Assembly: GCA_021790335.1 (NCBI GenBank)
Contig: JAJYEE010000007.1
Span: 1,255 to 65,254, forward strand
Length of the DNA: 64,000 nucleotides
Direction of reading: 5' to 3'
Origin: Pseudomonadota bacterium
GTDB taxonomy: Bacteria; Pseudomonadota; Gammaproteobacteria; Acidiferrobacterales; UBA6901
Shown here: positions 11,181 to 20,434 of the stretch, piece after piece
Numbering within the stretch: the stretch's first letter is position 1
How the letters are laid out: the number at the start of each line of letters is the position of its first letter
Made by a program: the position numbers and the translations under genes
The notes under the pieces: model-generated
Database searches by the model: none
The model's input: only the letters and a program-made list of their open reading frames with translations
Told to the model about the DNA's origin: nothing

Positions 11181-12248
11181 TCAGGAATCCGCGAGCGCCC
11201 GCATCTTCGCAGTCGATGGTGCCTCGACTACACCTTTTTCCGTGACAATGGCATCGATAAGCGTCGCAGGGGTAACGTCGAATGCCGGGTTCCATGCCTG
11301 GGCACCCTCGGCAGCCGTGCGCGTTCCTGAACAGTTGAGCACCTCAGCCGGGTCACGGCTTTCGATGGGGATCCCGCCGCCATCGGCGATCGCCATATCG
11401 ACGCTGCTGGTCGGAGCGACAACCATGAATTTCACGCCGTGGTAGCGCGCGCTCACCGCCAGCCCGTAGGTGCCGATCTTGTTGGCGGTGTCGCCGTTGG
11501 CCGCGATGCGGTCAGCGCCCACGATCACCCAGCGTACGCGCCCCTCCTTCATGAGCTGTGCCGCTGCCCCCTCGGCAATCAGTGTTACCGGGATGTTCTC
11601 CTGCACCAGCTCCCAGGCAGTCAGCCGCGCACCCTGCAGCCATGGGCGGGTCTCGTCGGCATAGACCGGCCCGATACGCCCGGCGGCAAATCCGGCGCGC
11701 ACCACCCCAAGCGCCGTGCCATACCCGCCGGTTGCGAGCGCACCGGTATTACAGTGTGTCAGCACGCCGCTGCCGGGCTCGATCAACGCCATTCCCAGTG
11801 CCCCCATGCGATGATTGGCGGCGATGTCCTCGGCGTGGATGCGGCGCGCTTCGGCCAGCAAAAGGGCCACAGGGTCCGCGCCGATTGCCGATTCGACAAC
11901 GCAGCGCATGCGCTCCACCGCCCAGCGCAGATTCACCGCCGTCGGGCGCGCTGCCGCCAGCTGCTCGAGATCAAGAAAAAACGCGCTGCGCCAGCCTGCA
12001 GGATCGGAGCGATACCGGTCGCGCGCCGCCAGAACCACGGCATAGGCAGCGGTGATGCCGATCGCAGGCGCGCCACGCACAACCATGTCCCGGATCGCAT
12101 GGATGCATTCCGGCAGATGCTCGAGTACCACCATTTCGGTGCGGCCCGGTAACCGGCGCTGGTCGATCAGACTGAGCCGGTCGTTTTCCCACTGCACCGC
12201 CCGCACTCGATCATAAGGAATGTTTTCAGAAACCTGCGGATTCTTCAT
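11181..12248 (-). CDS. mtnA: S-methyl-5-thioribose-1-phosphate isomerase
   Basis: The track ORF (to 12392) has an Arg/Cys-rich, non-protein-like N-extension. The homologous part begins at the internal ATG at 12248 ([35 protein letters not shown]). The protein shows eIF-2B-like family motifs ([31 protein letters not shown]). Confidence 0.9.
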   Translation of the reverse strand: MKNPQVSENIPYDRVRAVQWENDRLSLIDQRRLPGRTEMVVLEHLPECIHAIRDMVVRGAPAIGITAAYAVVLAARDRYRSDPAGWRSAFFLDLEQLAAARPTAVNLRWAVERMRCVVESAIGADPVALLLAEARRIHAEDIAANHRMGALGMALIEPGSGVLTHCNTGALATGGYGTALGVVRAGFAAGRIGPVYADETRPWLQGARLTAWELVQENIPVTLIAEGAAAQLMKEGRVRWVIVGADRIAANGDTANKIGTYGLAVSARYHGVKFMVVAPTSSVDMAIADGGGIPIESRDPAEVLNCSGTRTAAEGAQAWNPAFDVTPATLIDAIVTEKGVVEAPSTAKMRALADS

Positions 12249-12781
12249 CGGACAACCATCACCTTGCAGCAAAGTCTGCTTTCGACACAAACGCTCACGT
12301 TGCGGGCAGCGTCTCTGACTTCCGCGCGCCGGCCCACGAGCTAAAGAACCAGCACACACCCCGCGCCGTGCACCGATAGGAGCACCCCGCACCGCGGCGG
12401 ATCATACCAGACGGTTCAGCCGCCCGGCAGCCGCCCCGATGGCGCACGACCACGCGAAAGGTTATCCGCCGCGGGCCTGGGCGCTTTCGCCAATGGCGTC
12501 CTGAAGCATACCGAGAAACCTCCAGCCTGCAGCCGCTGCATCCCGGCCGGCGGTCTCGCGCAAGAATCCGGGGACATCGGCCATCAATGGTCCAAACCGG
12601 GCATGCCGAAATGCCTTCTGCATCGCGCCTCATCCAGACTGCGCCGAGAGCCGGCGCCACTTTGCGAACCTCGAAGATGTCCGGGGCACCGGCAAACGGA
12701 AATGGTCCCGCACCCCGTCCGAGACCTCTCTGCTGCCGATGCGACATGCATGAGATTTGAGATTCCGGTATAGAAATGTCA

Positions 12782-12798
12782 TATAACATATTGTTATA
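12782..12798. repeat. Perfect 7-bp inverted repeat TATAACA-tat-TGTTATA at the core of a ~70-bp AT-rich island
   Basis: Read directly from the sequence. My hand count for 12761-12820 is about 25% GC, against neighbours near 65-70%. A TATAAT hexamer lies at 12803-12808. Function unknown. Confidence 0.3.
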
Positions 12799-13515
12799 AA
12801 TATATAATATAAAACCACCGGTTGGTCTCATTAACCAATTGACCTGCAAACGCCGCACGCCGTCCAACTCAAGGCGGCTGCCTGATGCGATGGCCGAACC
12901 CATCGGACATCTCACCGGGAGAGTCCGGCGCTCGTGACGCGCACACTCCCGCAGGCAGCGCCGTACACCGCATTGGCTCCCGGCAGCAGCGCAAACCGAT
13001 CCACGGCCCGCGGCGCTGTCAAAATCCGTCGAGCCGGTGGCCCTTAGCACTGAGCTGTCCCGACCCCACTTTCGGAAAAAAGCGGTGACCTCGAGGTCAA
13101 TGGTACAGACCGGCCGGTACCTTACAGTAGTGACATCATGTGAACTTTTTGCCGCCCTCATGGCTCAGACTGGGCATGAATCGGCGCGGACGCACGAAAT
13201 CTGGTGAAGGCCCCACGGCGTCCACCCCCGGGGCGCCTGACGTTGCGCTTTCTTCCGAGCTGCCCACCGGATCGCGAACCGGATGGACAGGTGCGAAACC
13301 GACACCCAAGCGCAATGCACGCCGAGCGCTGCAGAACGGCGAGAAGCTTGAGCCGCACACCGGCGCGCGGGTCGTCTCATTCGGCAATCATCGCCAGCAG
13401 CCACGCACGGCCCCGGGTACCCCGATGGCTGCCTGGTTTTCTGGCTTATGAGTGACTTTCAACTAAGATTCAAACATCACCAGCCCTTTTTAATGAACGC
13501 AGTTTGGGACACCCC

Positions 13516-14556
13516 ATGACCATCACGATCAGCGAACTTGCCGAGGTGTGCGGTGCCGACATCTTTGGAAGAAATCCCCATCAGACCATCGATTCCGCCG
13601 CCAACATCGATGAGGCCGGCGCAAATCAGATCACCTTTCTCAGCAGTCCGAAATACGCATGCCGACTCAAAACCACCACAGCAAGCGCCATACTCGTGCA
13701 GAAGGGGACACCGGACAATACGTCGAATGTCGACACCTGTCTGCTGGTTGTGGACGATCCGGAGATGGCCTTCATCGCCTGCCTGCATCGGCTTTATCCG
13801 CAAAAGACAAGCTGCGGCACACTGAGCCCCAGGGCGCACATCGATCCGGCGGCGATCATCGGTGAAGGCACATGCGTGGAAGCGTTCGTGTCCATAGGCG
13901 CTCACACCACGCTCGGCAGCAACTGCTGGATAAAGGCCGGATGCCATATCGGCGATGGCGTGACACTGGGCGATAACTGCGTACTTCACCCGAACGTGGT
14001 GCTTTACGACGGGGTGCGACTGGGAAACAACGTCGTACTTCACTCCGGGGTCGTCATCGGGTCGGACGGCTTCGGCTACAAGTTCCGCAACGGCGAGCAT
14101 GTGAAATTCCCCCAGGTGGGCACCGTGGTGATCGAATCGAACGTGGAGATCGGCGCCAACACCTGCATCGACCGGGCCTCCCTGTGGGAGACGCGCGTGG
14201 GCGAGGGTACGAAGATTGATAACCAGGTACACATCGCGCACAACGTGCAGATCGGCGCGCGCTCGCTGTTATGTGGCCAGGTCGGCATCGGCGGCTCCAC
14301 GGTGATCAAGGACTACGTCACGCTGGCCGCGCAATGCGGCGTAGTGGACCATGTCACCATCGGTTCGCAGACCGTCGTGCTGGCGCACTCCGGCGTGACG
14401 AAGGACGTCGCGGACGGAAGCGAAGTAATGGGATTTCCCGCGACCGGCCGCAAGGAAGCGCTGCACGAGATGGCGGCACTGCGGCGGCTTGCGCACAATC
14501 AGAAGGCGATCGTGGAGCTTGTGCACCTGCTGCCGAAGCTGCGACGAATAGATTGA
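13516..14556 (+). CDS. lpxD: UDP-3-O-acylglucosamine N-acyltransferase
   Basis: LpxD-like N-terminal domain (ITISELAEVCGA...ITFLSSPKY) followed by left-handed beta-helix hexapeptide repeats and GFGY...H active-site context. The ATG at 13516 is preferred over the track's TTG at 13504. The gene is not in the usual bamA-skp-lpxD-fabZ-lpxA context. Confidence 0.85.
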   Translation: MTITISELAEVCGADIFGRNPHQTIDSAANIDEAGANQITFLSSPKYACRLKTTTASAILVQKGTPDNTSNVDTCLLVVDDPEMAFIACLHRLYPQKTSCGTLSPRAHIDPAAIIGEGTCVEAFVSIGAHTTLGSNCWIKAGCHIGDGVTLGDNCVLHPNVVLYDGVRLGNNVVLHSGVVIGSDGFGYKFRNGEHVKFPQVGTVVIESNVEIGANTCIDRASLWETRVGEGTKIDNQVHIAHNVQIGARSLLCGQVGIGGSTVIKDYVTLAAQCGVVDHVTIGSQTVVLAHSGVTKDVADGSEVMGFPATGRKEALHEMAALRRLAHNQKAIVELVHLLPKLRRID

Positions 14557-14831
14557 ATTGGCAGGTCTTTCCGTCAGCTGCACGTTTTCGGCGGCAATCG
14601 GGGCATTGCCGGAACCGTTTCCGTGGTGCATTCGTAATTACGCCGCCGCGGGCGGCGGCAACGAACTGCGGCAACGCGGCTGCTGCGAGAACCACACGAG
14701 TCGTGCCGGGTTGCCACCCTTGCCGTCGATCGATGCAGAAACCGGTAAGTCGTGAGCTATGGCGCAGTCGCCCGGGCGGCGATGAGTCGGATGGCTCCTT
14801 GAAACCAGCGCTGCGACCCACGTAAAGTCAC

Positions 14832-14874
14832 GTGACATTGGGCTTTAATGCAATATACTGCACGAAATTTCGTG
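14832..14874 (+). promoter_or_regulatory. Candidate sigma70 promoter of mtaD-ubiG with two palindromic operator-like sites
   Basis: The -35-like GTGACA (14832-14837) and -10-like TATACT (14854-14859) are separated by a 16-nt spacer. A 10-bp palindrome GTCACGTGAC (14827-14836) overlaps the -35. A perfect 14-bp palindrome CACGAAATTTCGTG (14861-14874) covers the predicted transcription start, about 30-40 nt upstream of the mtaD GTG. Confidence 0.35.
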
Positions 14875-14902
14875 GGCACCTTTAAAGCGGCGTTGTCGCT
14901 CC

Positions 14903-16225
14903 GTGACTGAAATCGAACTGCTGATCAATGCGCGATGGGTGATTCCGGTGGACCCGGAAGGCCATTTCGACCACCACAGTGTCGCCGTCGACCAGGGGCG
15001 CATCCTGGATGTCTTGCCGACCCCTGCGGCGCTCGCACGCTACCGGGCGCGCCGGACCATCGATCTCGCGACCCACGCGCTGATCCCGGGTCTGGTCAAC
15101 GCCCACACTCATGCGGCCATGGGACTGTTTCGGGGCCTGGCGGATGACCTACCGCTCATGGACTGGCTGCACAACCACATCTGGCCGGCGGAAGTCCGCT
15201 GGGTTTCTCCGCAGTTCGTGCGCGACGGAGTGCAGCTGGCCATCGCCGAGATGCTGAAAGGTGGCACCACCTGTTTCAGCGACATGTACTTCTTTCCCGA
15301 AGACTGCGCGCATGTGGTGCACAAGGCCGGTATCCGCGCCTGCGTTGGAATGATCGTAATCGATTTTCCGACGCCCTATGCCGACTCGCCCGCCGCCTAT
15401 CTCGACAAGGGCCTCAGACTGCACGACGAACTGCGCGGCAGCGAGCTGACCACGGCGGCGTTCGCGCCGCACGCGCCCTATTCCGTATCTGACGAGCCGC
15501 TTATCCGTATCCGCACCCTCAACAACGAGCTGGATCTTCCGGTCCACATGCACATCCACGAGACCGCCCACGAGGTGCAGGAGGCGCTCGCCAAGACCGG
15601 ACGGCGACCGCTCGAGCGGCTGCGCGAACTGGATCTGCTCACCCCGAATCTTGTCGCAGTGCACATGACACAGCTGCTGCCCGAGGAGATCGCGCTCCTG
15701 GCGCGTACCGGGGTAAGCGTCGTCCATTGCCCAGAGTCGAACCTCAAGCTCGCCAGCGGCTTCTGTCCGGTACACGAGCTGGCGCGCGCCGGTGTCAATG
15801 TCGCCCTCGGCACCGACGGGGCTGCAAGCAACAACGACCTCGACATGCTCGACGAGATGCGCGTCGCAGCGCTGCTGGCCAAGGCCGTGAGCGGAGACGC
15901 CACCGCCCTGCCCGCCCGCGCGGCGCTGCGCATGGCCACGCTCAATGGTGCGCGCGCGCTCGGACTCGACTCCGTCACGGGCTCGATCAGCGCCGGCAAG
16001 TACGCGGATCTCGCCGCAATCGATCTCGCGCGCATCCCCAGCCAGCCGGTCTACGACCCGCTTTCGCAGATCGTCTACACCGCCGCCCGCGACCAGGTCA
16101 CCGATGTCTGGGTGGCCGGCCGTCAGCTGCTCGATGGCGGCCGCCTGACAACCCTGGATGAGTCCGAAATTCTGCAACGCGCGCAAAGCTGGAGTGATAG
16201 AATACGCCAGCAGCCGAACCCTTGA
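14903..16225 (+). CDS. mtaD: 5-methylthioadenosine / S-adenosylhomocysteine deaminase (amidohydrolase, TRZ/ATZ family)
   Basis: 440 aa with a GTG start. The amidohydrolase metal motif is GLVNAHTHAAM, with HIHE and later GTDG/D residues. It is adjacent to ubiG, as in pseudomonads. Confidence 0.85.
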   Translation: MTEIELLINARWVIPVDPEGHFDHHSVAVDQGRILDVLPTPAALARYRARRTIDLATHALIPGLVNAHTHAAMGLFRGLADDLPLMDWLHNHIWPAEVRWVSPQFVRDGVQLAIAEMLKGGTTCFSDMYFFPEDCAHVVHKAGIRACVGMIVIDFPTPYADSPAAYLDKGLRLHDELRGSELTTAAFAPHAPYSVSDEPLIRIRTLNNELDLPVHMHIHETAHEVQEALAKTGRRPLERLRELDLLTPNLVAVHMTQLLPEEIALLARTGVSVVHCPESNLKLASGFCPVHELARAGVNVALGTDGAASNNDLDMLDEMRVAALLAKAVSGDATALPARAALRMATLNGARALGLDSVTGSISAGKYADLAAIDLARIPSQPVYDPLSQIVYTAARDQVTDVWVAGRQLLDGGRLTTLDESEILQRAQSWSDRIRQQPNP

Positions 16226-16316
16226 CGGCATGTCGCGGAGCGGGCATACCGCCGCCCATGCACATGCCCGGCGGTAGGCTGCGACCGCCACACTTCATTC
16301 CCGGCAGCGGGTCAAC

Positions 16317-17036
16317 ATGCGCATGACAACGACCACCCACAACGTCGACGAAGCCGAGATCGCCAAATTCGAGAAGCTGGCCGAGCGCTGGTGGGATCCG
16401 ACGAGCGAGTTCAAGCCGCTGCACGATATCAATCCGCTGCGGCTGCGGTACATCGAGGAACGTGCTGTCCTGCGCGGCAAGGCCGTGCTCGACGTTGGTT
16501 GCGGCGGCGGCATCCTCTCCGAGAGCATGGCAGCCCTGGATGCGCAGGTGACCGGGATAGATCTGGGGGAGGCGCCACTGGCCGTCGCGCGCCTGCATCT
16601 GAAGGAAACCGGGAATGTGGTCGACTACCGCCGGATTTCCGTCGAGGACCTGGCACGGCAGCAGCCGCAGTCGTTCGACGTGGTCACCTGCCTGGAAATG
16701 CTAGAACATGTCCCCGACCCGGCATCGACGGTGACCGCCTGCGCGCATTTGGTCAAGCCGGGCGGACAGGTGTTTTTCTCCACGATCAACCGCAATCCCA
16801 AAGCCTGGCTGTTCGCGATCGTGGGCGCGGAGTACGTGCTGCGCTTGCTGCCACGCGGCACACACGATTACATGAAATTCATCAAGCCGTCCGAACTCCA
16901 GGACATGTGCCGTCATGCCGGCCTCGAGATGCTCGGGTTCACCGGCATGCACTATAATCCCGTGACCGCCCAGTACACGCTCGGGCCGGGAGTCGACGTC
17001 AATTACCTAGCCTGGTGCCAACGCGCGGATGATTGA
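16317..17036 (+). CDS. ubiG: Bifunctional 3-demethylubiquinol 3-O-methyltransferase / 2-polyprenyl-6-hydroxyphenol methylase
   Basis: 239 aa with a UbiG N-terminus ([19 protein letters not shown]...[13 protein letters not shown]) and SAM motif [13 protein letters not shown]. Confidence 0.92.
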   Translation: MRMTTTTHNVDEAEIAKFEKLAERWWDPTSEFKPLHDINPLRLRYIEERAVLRGKAVLDVGCGGGILSESMAALDAQVTGIDLGEAPLAVARLHLKETGNVVDYRRISVEDLARQQPQSFDVVTCLEMLEHVPDPASTVTACAHLVKPGGQVFFSTINRNPKAWLFAIVGAEYVLRLLPRGTHDYMKFIKPSELQDMCRHAGLEMLGFTGMHYNPVTAQYTLGPGVDVNYLAWCQRADD

Positions 17037-17694
17037 CATCCACACTGTCCTGTTCGACCTCGACGGGACTCTGGCGGACACTGCCCCCGATCTGGGTTTC
17101 GCTCTCAACGAACTGCTGCGTGAGCACAGCCGGCCGCCCCTGCCCTATGACCGGATCCGGCCCGTGGCCTCGTACGGCGCGCGCGCGCTGCTGCGGCTCG
17201 GCTTCGGGATCGCACCGCACGACACGGACTACGACGCGCTGCGCCGCCGTTTCCTGGACCTGTACGCCACGAACTTGTGCAGGGAAACGCGGCTGTTCCC
17301 GGGCGTCAGCGAACTGCTGTCGGCGCTGCCCGGGCGCAAACTCAACTGGGGCATTGTCACCAACAAGCCGGCCTTTCTGACCGAACCTCTGGTGCGCGCG
17401 CTCGGGCTGGCCGACACGGCAGCCTGCGTCGTGAGCGGCGATACCACGGCTAATTCCAAACCGCACCCCGCTCCGCTGCTGTATGCCTGCGCCCAGTGCG
17501 GTAGTGCGCCCGCCAACTGCCTGTTCGTCGGAGATGCCGCACGCGACATCGAGGCCGGACGCAGCGCCGGCATGCACACGCTCGTGGCGATGTTCGGTTA
17601 CATCGGCGAGGGCGACGATCCGCCGAGCTGGGGCGCCGATGCTCTGGTTTACTCGCCCGGCAATGTCCTGGAATGGATCGATGCCCGCCGCTGA
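17029..17694 (+). CDS. HAD-superfamily phosphatase, phosphoglycolate phosphatase-like (Gph/MupP type)
   Basis: 221 aa with HAD motif [17 protein letters not shown], and [12 protein letters not shown]...[11 protein letters not shown]. Overlaps the ubiG stop by 8 nt. Confidence 0.8.
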   Translation: MIDIHTVLFDLDGTLADTAPDLGFALNELLREHSRPPLPYDRIRPVASYGARALLRLGFGIAPHDTDYDALRRRFLDLYATNLCRETRLFPGVSELLSALPGRKLNWGIVTNKPAFLTEPLVRALGLADTAACVVSGDTTANSKPHPAPLLYACAQCGSAPANCLFVGDAARDIEAGRSAGMHTLVAMFGYIGEGDDPPSWGADALVYSPGNVLEWIDARR

Positions 17695-18925
17695 TCTTTC
17701 GACTCTGGCATTGCTGGCAGCGGTCGCCGCGGTGGCCGGTGCGCTCGGCTGGCTGCTCGCGAGCGCCCGCAGCCTGAGGCGCATCGCCGAGCTTTCCGCC
17801 ACCCTCGACCTGGAGCGGCGCAAAGCGGCCGAACAGATGCAGGGACTGGAGCGCACCTTCAATGCCCTGTCGCACGAGGCGCTGCAGCGCAACAACCAGG
17901 CATTCCTGCAGCTCGCCCAGGAGACCCTCAAGCGCTTCCAGGTCCAGGCGGCGGCAGACCTGGAACAGAAGGAAAAAGCGGTGGAAAATCTGGTGACACC
18001 AATCCGCGAAGCCCTGCTCAAGACGGAACAGCAGATTCAGCTGATGGAAAACACGCGCAAGGAAGCCTATGGCGCATTAACCAGACATCTGGAGACCATG
18101 GCGCAGACTCAGGATCAGCTGAGGACCGAAACCCAGAATCTGGTGAAATCCTTGCGCCGGCCCGAAGTCCGCGGCAAATGGGGCGAGCTCACGCTCAAAC
18201 GCCTGACCGAACTGGCTGGCATGGTCGAGCACTGCGACTTCACCCAGCAGGAATCGGTGAGCACCGACGAAGGCATGCTTCGTCCGGACATGGTCGTGCG
18301 CATGCCGGATGGCCGCGAGATCGTCGTAGACGTCAAAACCCCGCTCGACGCCTACCTCAATGCCATGGAGGCAACCGACGATTCCGAACGCGCGCGCCAC
18401 CTCGAACATCATGCACGCAAGGTCCGCGAGCGCGTGGCCGAACTATCGCGGAAGGCGTACTGGAGCCAGTTCAAGAATACTCCCGACTTCGTTGTCCTGT
18501 TCATCCCCGGTGAGCAGTTCCTCAGCGCGGCGCTCGACATCGACCGCAATCTTCTCGAGGACGCGCTGCGCCAGAAGGTGATCCTGGCCACGCCCACGAG
18601 CTTCGTCGCGCTGCTGCGTGCCGTGGCTTATGGCTGGCGCCAGGAGGCGCTGGCGGCCAACGCTGCGCAAATCCGCGATGCCGGAGAGGAGCTGTACGCA
18701 CGCCTGGCGACGTTCTCGGAGCATCTCGCGCGCCTCGGAACGAGTCTCGACAGCAGCATTGGTCATTACAACCGCGCCATCGGCTCATTCGACAGCAAGC
18801 TGCTTCCGGGCGCGCGCAGGTTCACCGAAATGGGAGTCACCGCCCGAAAAAACATCGAGCCCATGGCGCAGATCGAGAAAGGCGTGCGCGAGATATCGCG
18901 ACCGGAAGGCGACGACCGGGCCTGA
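17681..18925 (+). CDS. rmuC: DNA recombination protein RmuC
   Basis: The track ORF starts at 17483, inside the HAD gene, in a non-protein-like stretch. The ATG at 17681 gives an N-terminal TM helix (LSTLALLAAVAAVAGALGWLLA), a coiled-coil region and the RmuC nuclease-like C-terminal domain (RPDMVVRMPDGREIVVDVKTPL...FIPGEQF). Confidence 0.88.
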   Translation: MPAADLSTLALLAAVAAVAGALGWLLASARSLRRIAELSATLDLERRKAAEQMQGLERTFNALSHEALQRNNQAFLQLAQETLKRFQVQAAADLEQKEKAVENLVTPIREALLKTEQQIQLMENTRKEAYGALTRHLETMAQTQDQLRTETQNLVKSLRRPEVRGKWGELTLKRLTELAGMVEHCDFTQQESVSTDEGMLRPDMVVRMPDGREIVVDVKTPLDAYLNAMEATDDSERARHLEHHARKVRERVAELSRKAYWSQFKNTPDFVVLFIPGEQFLSAALDIDRNLLEDALRQKVILATPTSFVALLRAVAYGWRQEALAANAAQIRDAGEELYARLATFSEHLARLGTSLDSSIGHYNRAIGSFDSKLLPGARRFTEMGVTARKNIEPMAQIEKGVREISRPEGDDRA

Positions 18926-18926
18926 C

Positions 18927-18963
18927 AGCCCGCGCGCTGGCGCTTCCCGGCCCCGCGCGGGCT
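18927..18963 (+). terminator. GC-rich hairpin immediately after the rmuC stop (possible intrinsic terminator without a U-tract)
   Basis: AGCCCGCGCG (18927-18936) pairs perfectly with CGCGCGGGCT (18954-18963), leaving a 17-nt loop. It starts 2 nt after the TGA. No T-run follows, so termination is uncertain. Confidence 0.35.
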
Positions 18964-18983
18964 TCCGCATGATGCTATAGTTG

Positions 18984-19003
18984 CGGTATCTTTCCGGATA
19001 CCG
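18984..19003 (+). promoter_or_regulatory. Inverted repeat CGGTATC-N6-GATACCG just upstream of the REC-GGDEF gene
   Basis: Read from the sequence. The perfect 7-bp arms end 16 nt before the GTG at 19020. It could be an operator or a 5'-UTR hairpin. Confidence 0.25.
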
Positions 19004-19019
19004 GCAATTCTGACAAGGT

Positions 19020-20009
19020 GTGACGCGTCCGCAACTGCTCATGGTGCTCAGCGATCCAACGGGTGCAGACTCCCGGCCCCGCATCCTGCTTGCCGAGGAT
19101 TCCCAGACCTCGAAGGCAATGCTGTCCAAGAACCTCTCGGAAAGCTACCAGCTTATCGAGGCCAAGGATGGCGAAGAAGCATGGCAGATCCTGGCGGCTG
19201 ACGAGCACATCGACGTGGTCATCACCGACGTCAACATGCCACGCATGACCGGACAGCAGCTGCTGGTCAAAATCCGCAAAAGCCCGATCGCCCGTATCGC
19301 AAGCATACCGGTGATCGTAATGACCGCGGCCAACGACAGCGTCGACAAGAACCTGGCGTTCCTTAACGGCGCCAATGACTTTCTCACCAAGCCGGTCGAC
19401 GTCATGGAGCTCCAGGCGCGGGTCAACGTCCACTACAAACTCAGCAGGACGATCCGCGAGCTCGAGGAAAGCCGCCGCGCCCTAGTCGAGCAGGCCAGTA
19501 CCGATCCGCTGACACGGCTGCGCAACCGGCGCAGCTTTTACGAACAGGGTACGCAGCAGGTCGCGGCCGTAAAGCGTTACATGGGAGAACTGTCGGTACT
19601 GCTGATCGACATCGACCACTTCAAGCAGGTCAACGACAAATTCGGTCACCAGGCGGGCGACGAGGTTCTGGTCAAGGTCGCAACCCTGCTCGGCGGCATC
19701 GTGCGCAATGGTGACGTTGTGGCACGCATCGGCGGCGAGGAATTCGCGGTGCTGCTTCCGGAAACCAACCGCCTCGGTGCCGCGGTGCTGGCCGAGCGCA
19801 TACGCGCGCGCGTCGAGAAGGCGGAAATCGTCACCGCCGATGCCCGCATTCGGGTCACCATCAGCATCGGGATGGCTGCCTTCAGTGCCGAATCTGTCGA
19901 TACCTTCGATGAGCTGCTTGCCGTCTCCGACCGGCGCCTTTATCTCGCCAAGAATCAGGGCCGCAACCGCATTTGTGTCAACGACGAAGGGAAGTCGCGT
20001 TTCGCCTGA
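19020..20009 (+). CDS. Response regulator with receiver domain and GGDEF diguanylate cyclase output (PleD/WspR-like)
   Basis: 329 aa. The REC domain reads ILLAEDS...DVVITDVNMPRMTG...K. The GGDEF domain has an intact active site and I-site (RNGDVVARIGGEEFAVLLP). Confidence 0.88.
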   Translation: MTRPQLLMVLSDPTGADSRPRILLAEDSQTSKAMLSKNLSESYQLIEAKDGEEAWQILAADEHIDVVITDVNMPRMTGQQLLVKIRKSPIARIASIPVIVMTAANDSVDKNLAFLNGANDFLTKPVDVMELQARVNVHYKLSRTIRELEESRRALVEQASTDPLTRLRNRRSFYEQGTQQVAAVKRYMGELSVLLIDIDHFKQVNDKFGHQAGDEVLVKVATLLGGIVRNGDVVARIGGEEFAVLLPETNRLGAAVLAERIRARVEKAEIVTADARIRVTISIGMAAFSAESVDTFDELLAVSDRRLYLAKNQGRNRICVNDEGKSRFA

Positions 20010-20434
20010 ACATGGTTGCGCGGGGGCCCGCCGCATCCGGCACCGACAGGTGAGCGGCCTGGCGCCCAGCGAATTGCTGCCGCGGTCGATGTGAGGATCC
20101 CGCCCCCGCCTCCCTTTTCATCTTGGCCGGAAACCCGGACCGGCTGGCGAGCCGGCCGGCAGTGACACACTACCCACGGAAACCTGCCATCGCGACGACT
20201 TGCCACCTTTCCCGGGTTGCGCTTCCGGGACACCTGCCTGCGCAATCTGGAACGGATAAAGACACTGCGGCGCGGCGCGCGTGCACACGAAGTACACCGC
20301 ACGCAACCCTCGATTCCGCGGGCAGAAATCAATCGCGCCTCTTTCGAGCAAACGGTGCGATGCGACAGTGCTCGAAGCTTCCATGCTGAGTGCGGTACAA
20401 TGCACGGTTTCAACCTGACTCTCGTCCGAAATCC

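Noticed and set aside
12822-12838. Stem-loop TTGGT-CUCAUUA-ACCAA resembling a tRNA-Met anticodon arm (anticodon CAU), possibly a tRNA or an att-site remnant.
   Set aside because: No acceptor stem, D arm or T arm (no GTTCRANYC) can be found on either side. Position 37 would be U rather than the near-universal purine. I kept it only as part of the description of the anomalous spacer.
12295-13161. 288-aa minus-strand ORF spanning the mtnA-lpxD spacer.
   Set aside because: The translation is Arg/Cys/Gly-rich with no domain-like segments. It runs straight through the AT-rich island (giving ILYIYNNMLYDISI) and overlaps the rejected N-extension of mtnA. It is most likely non-coding.
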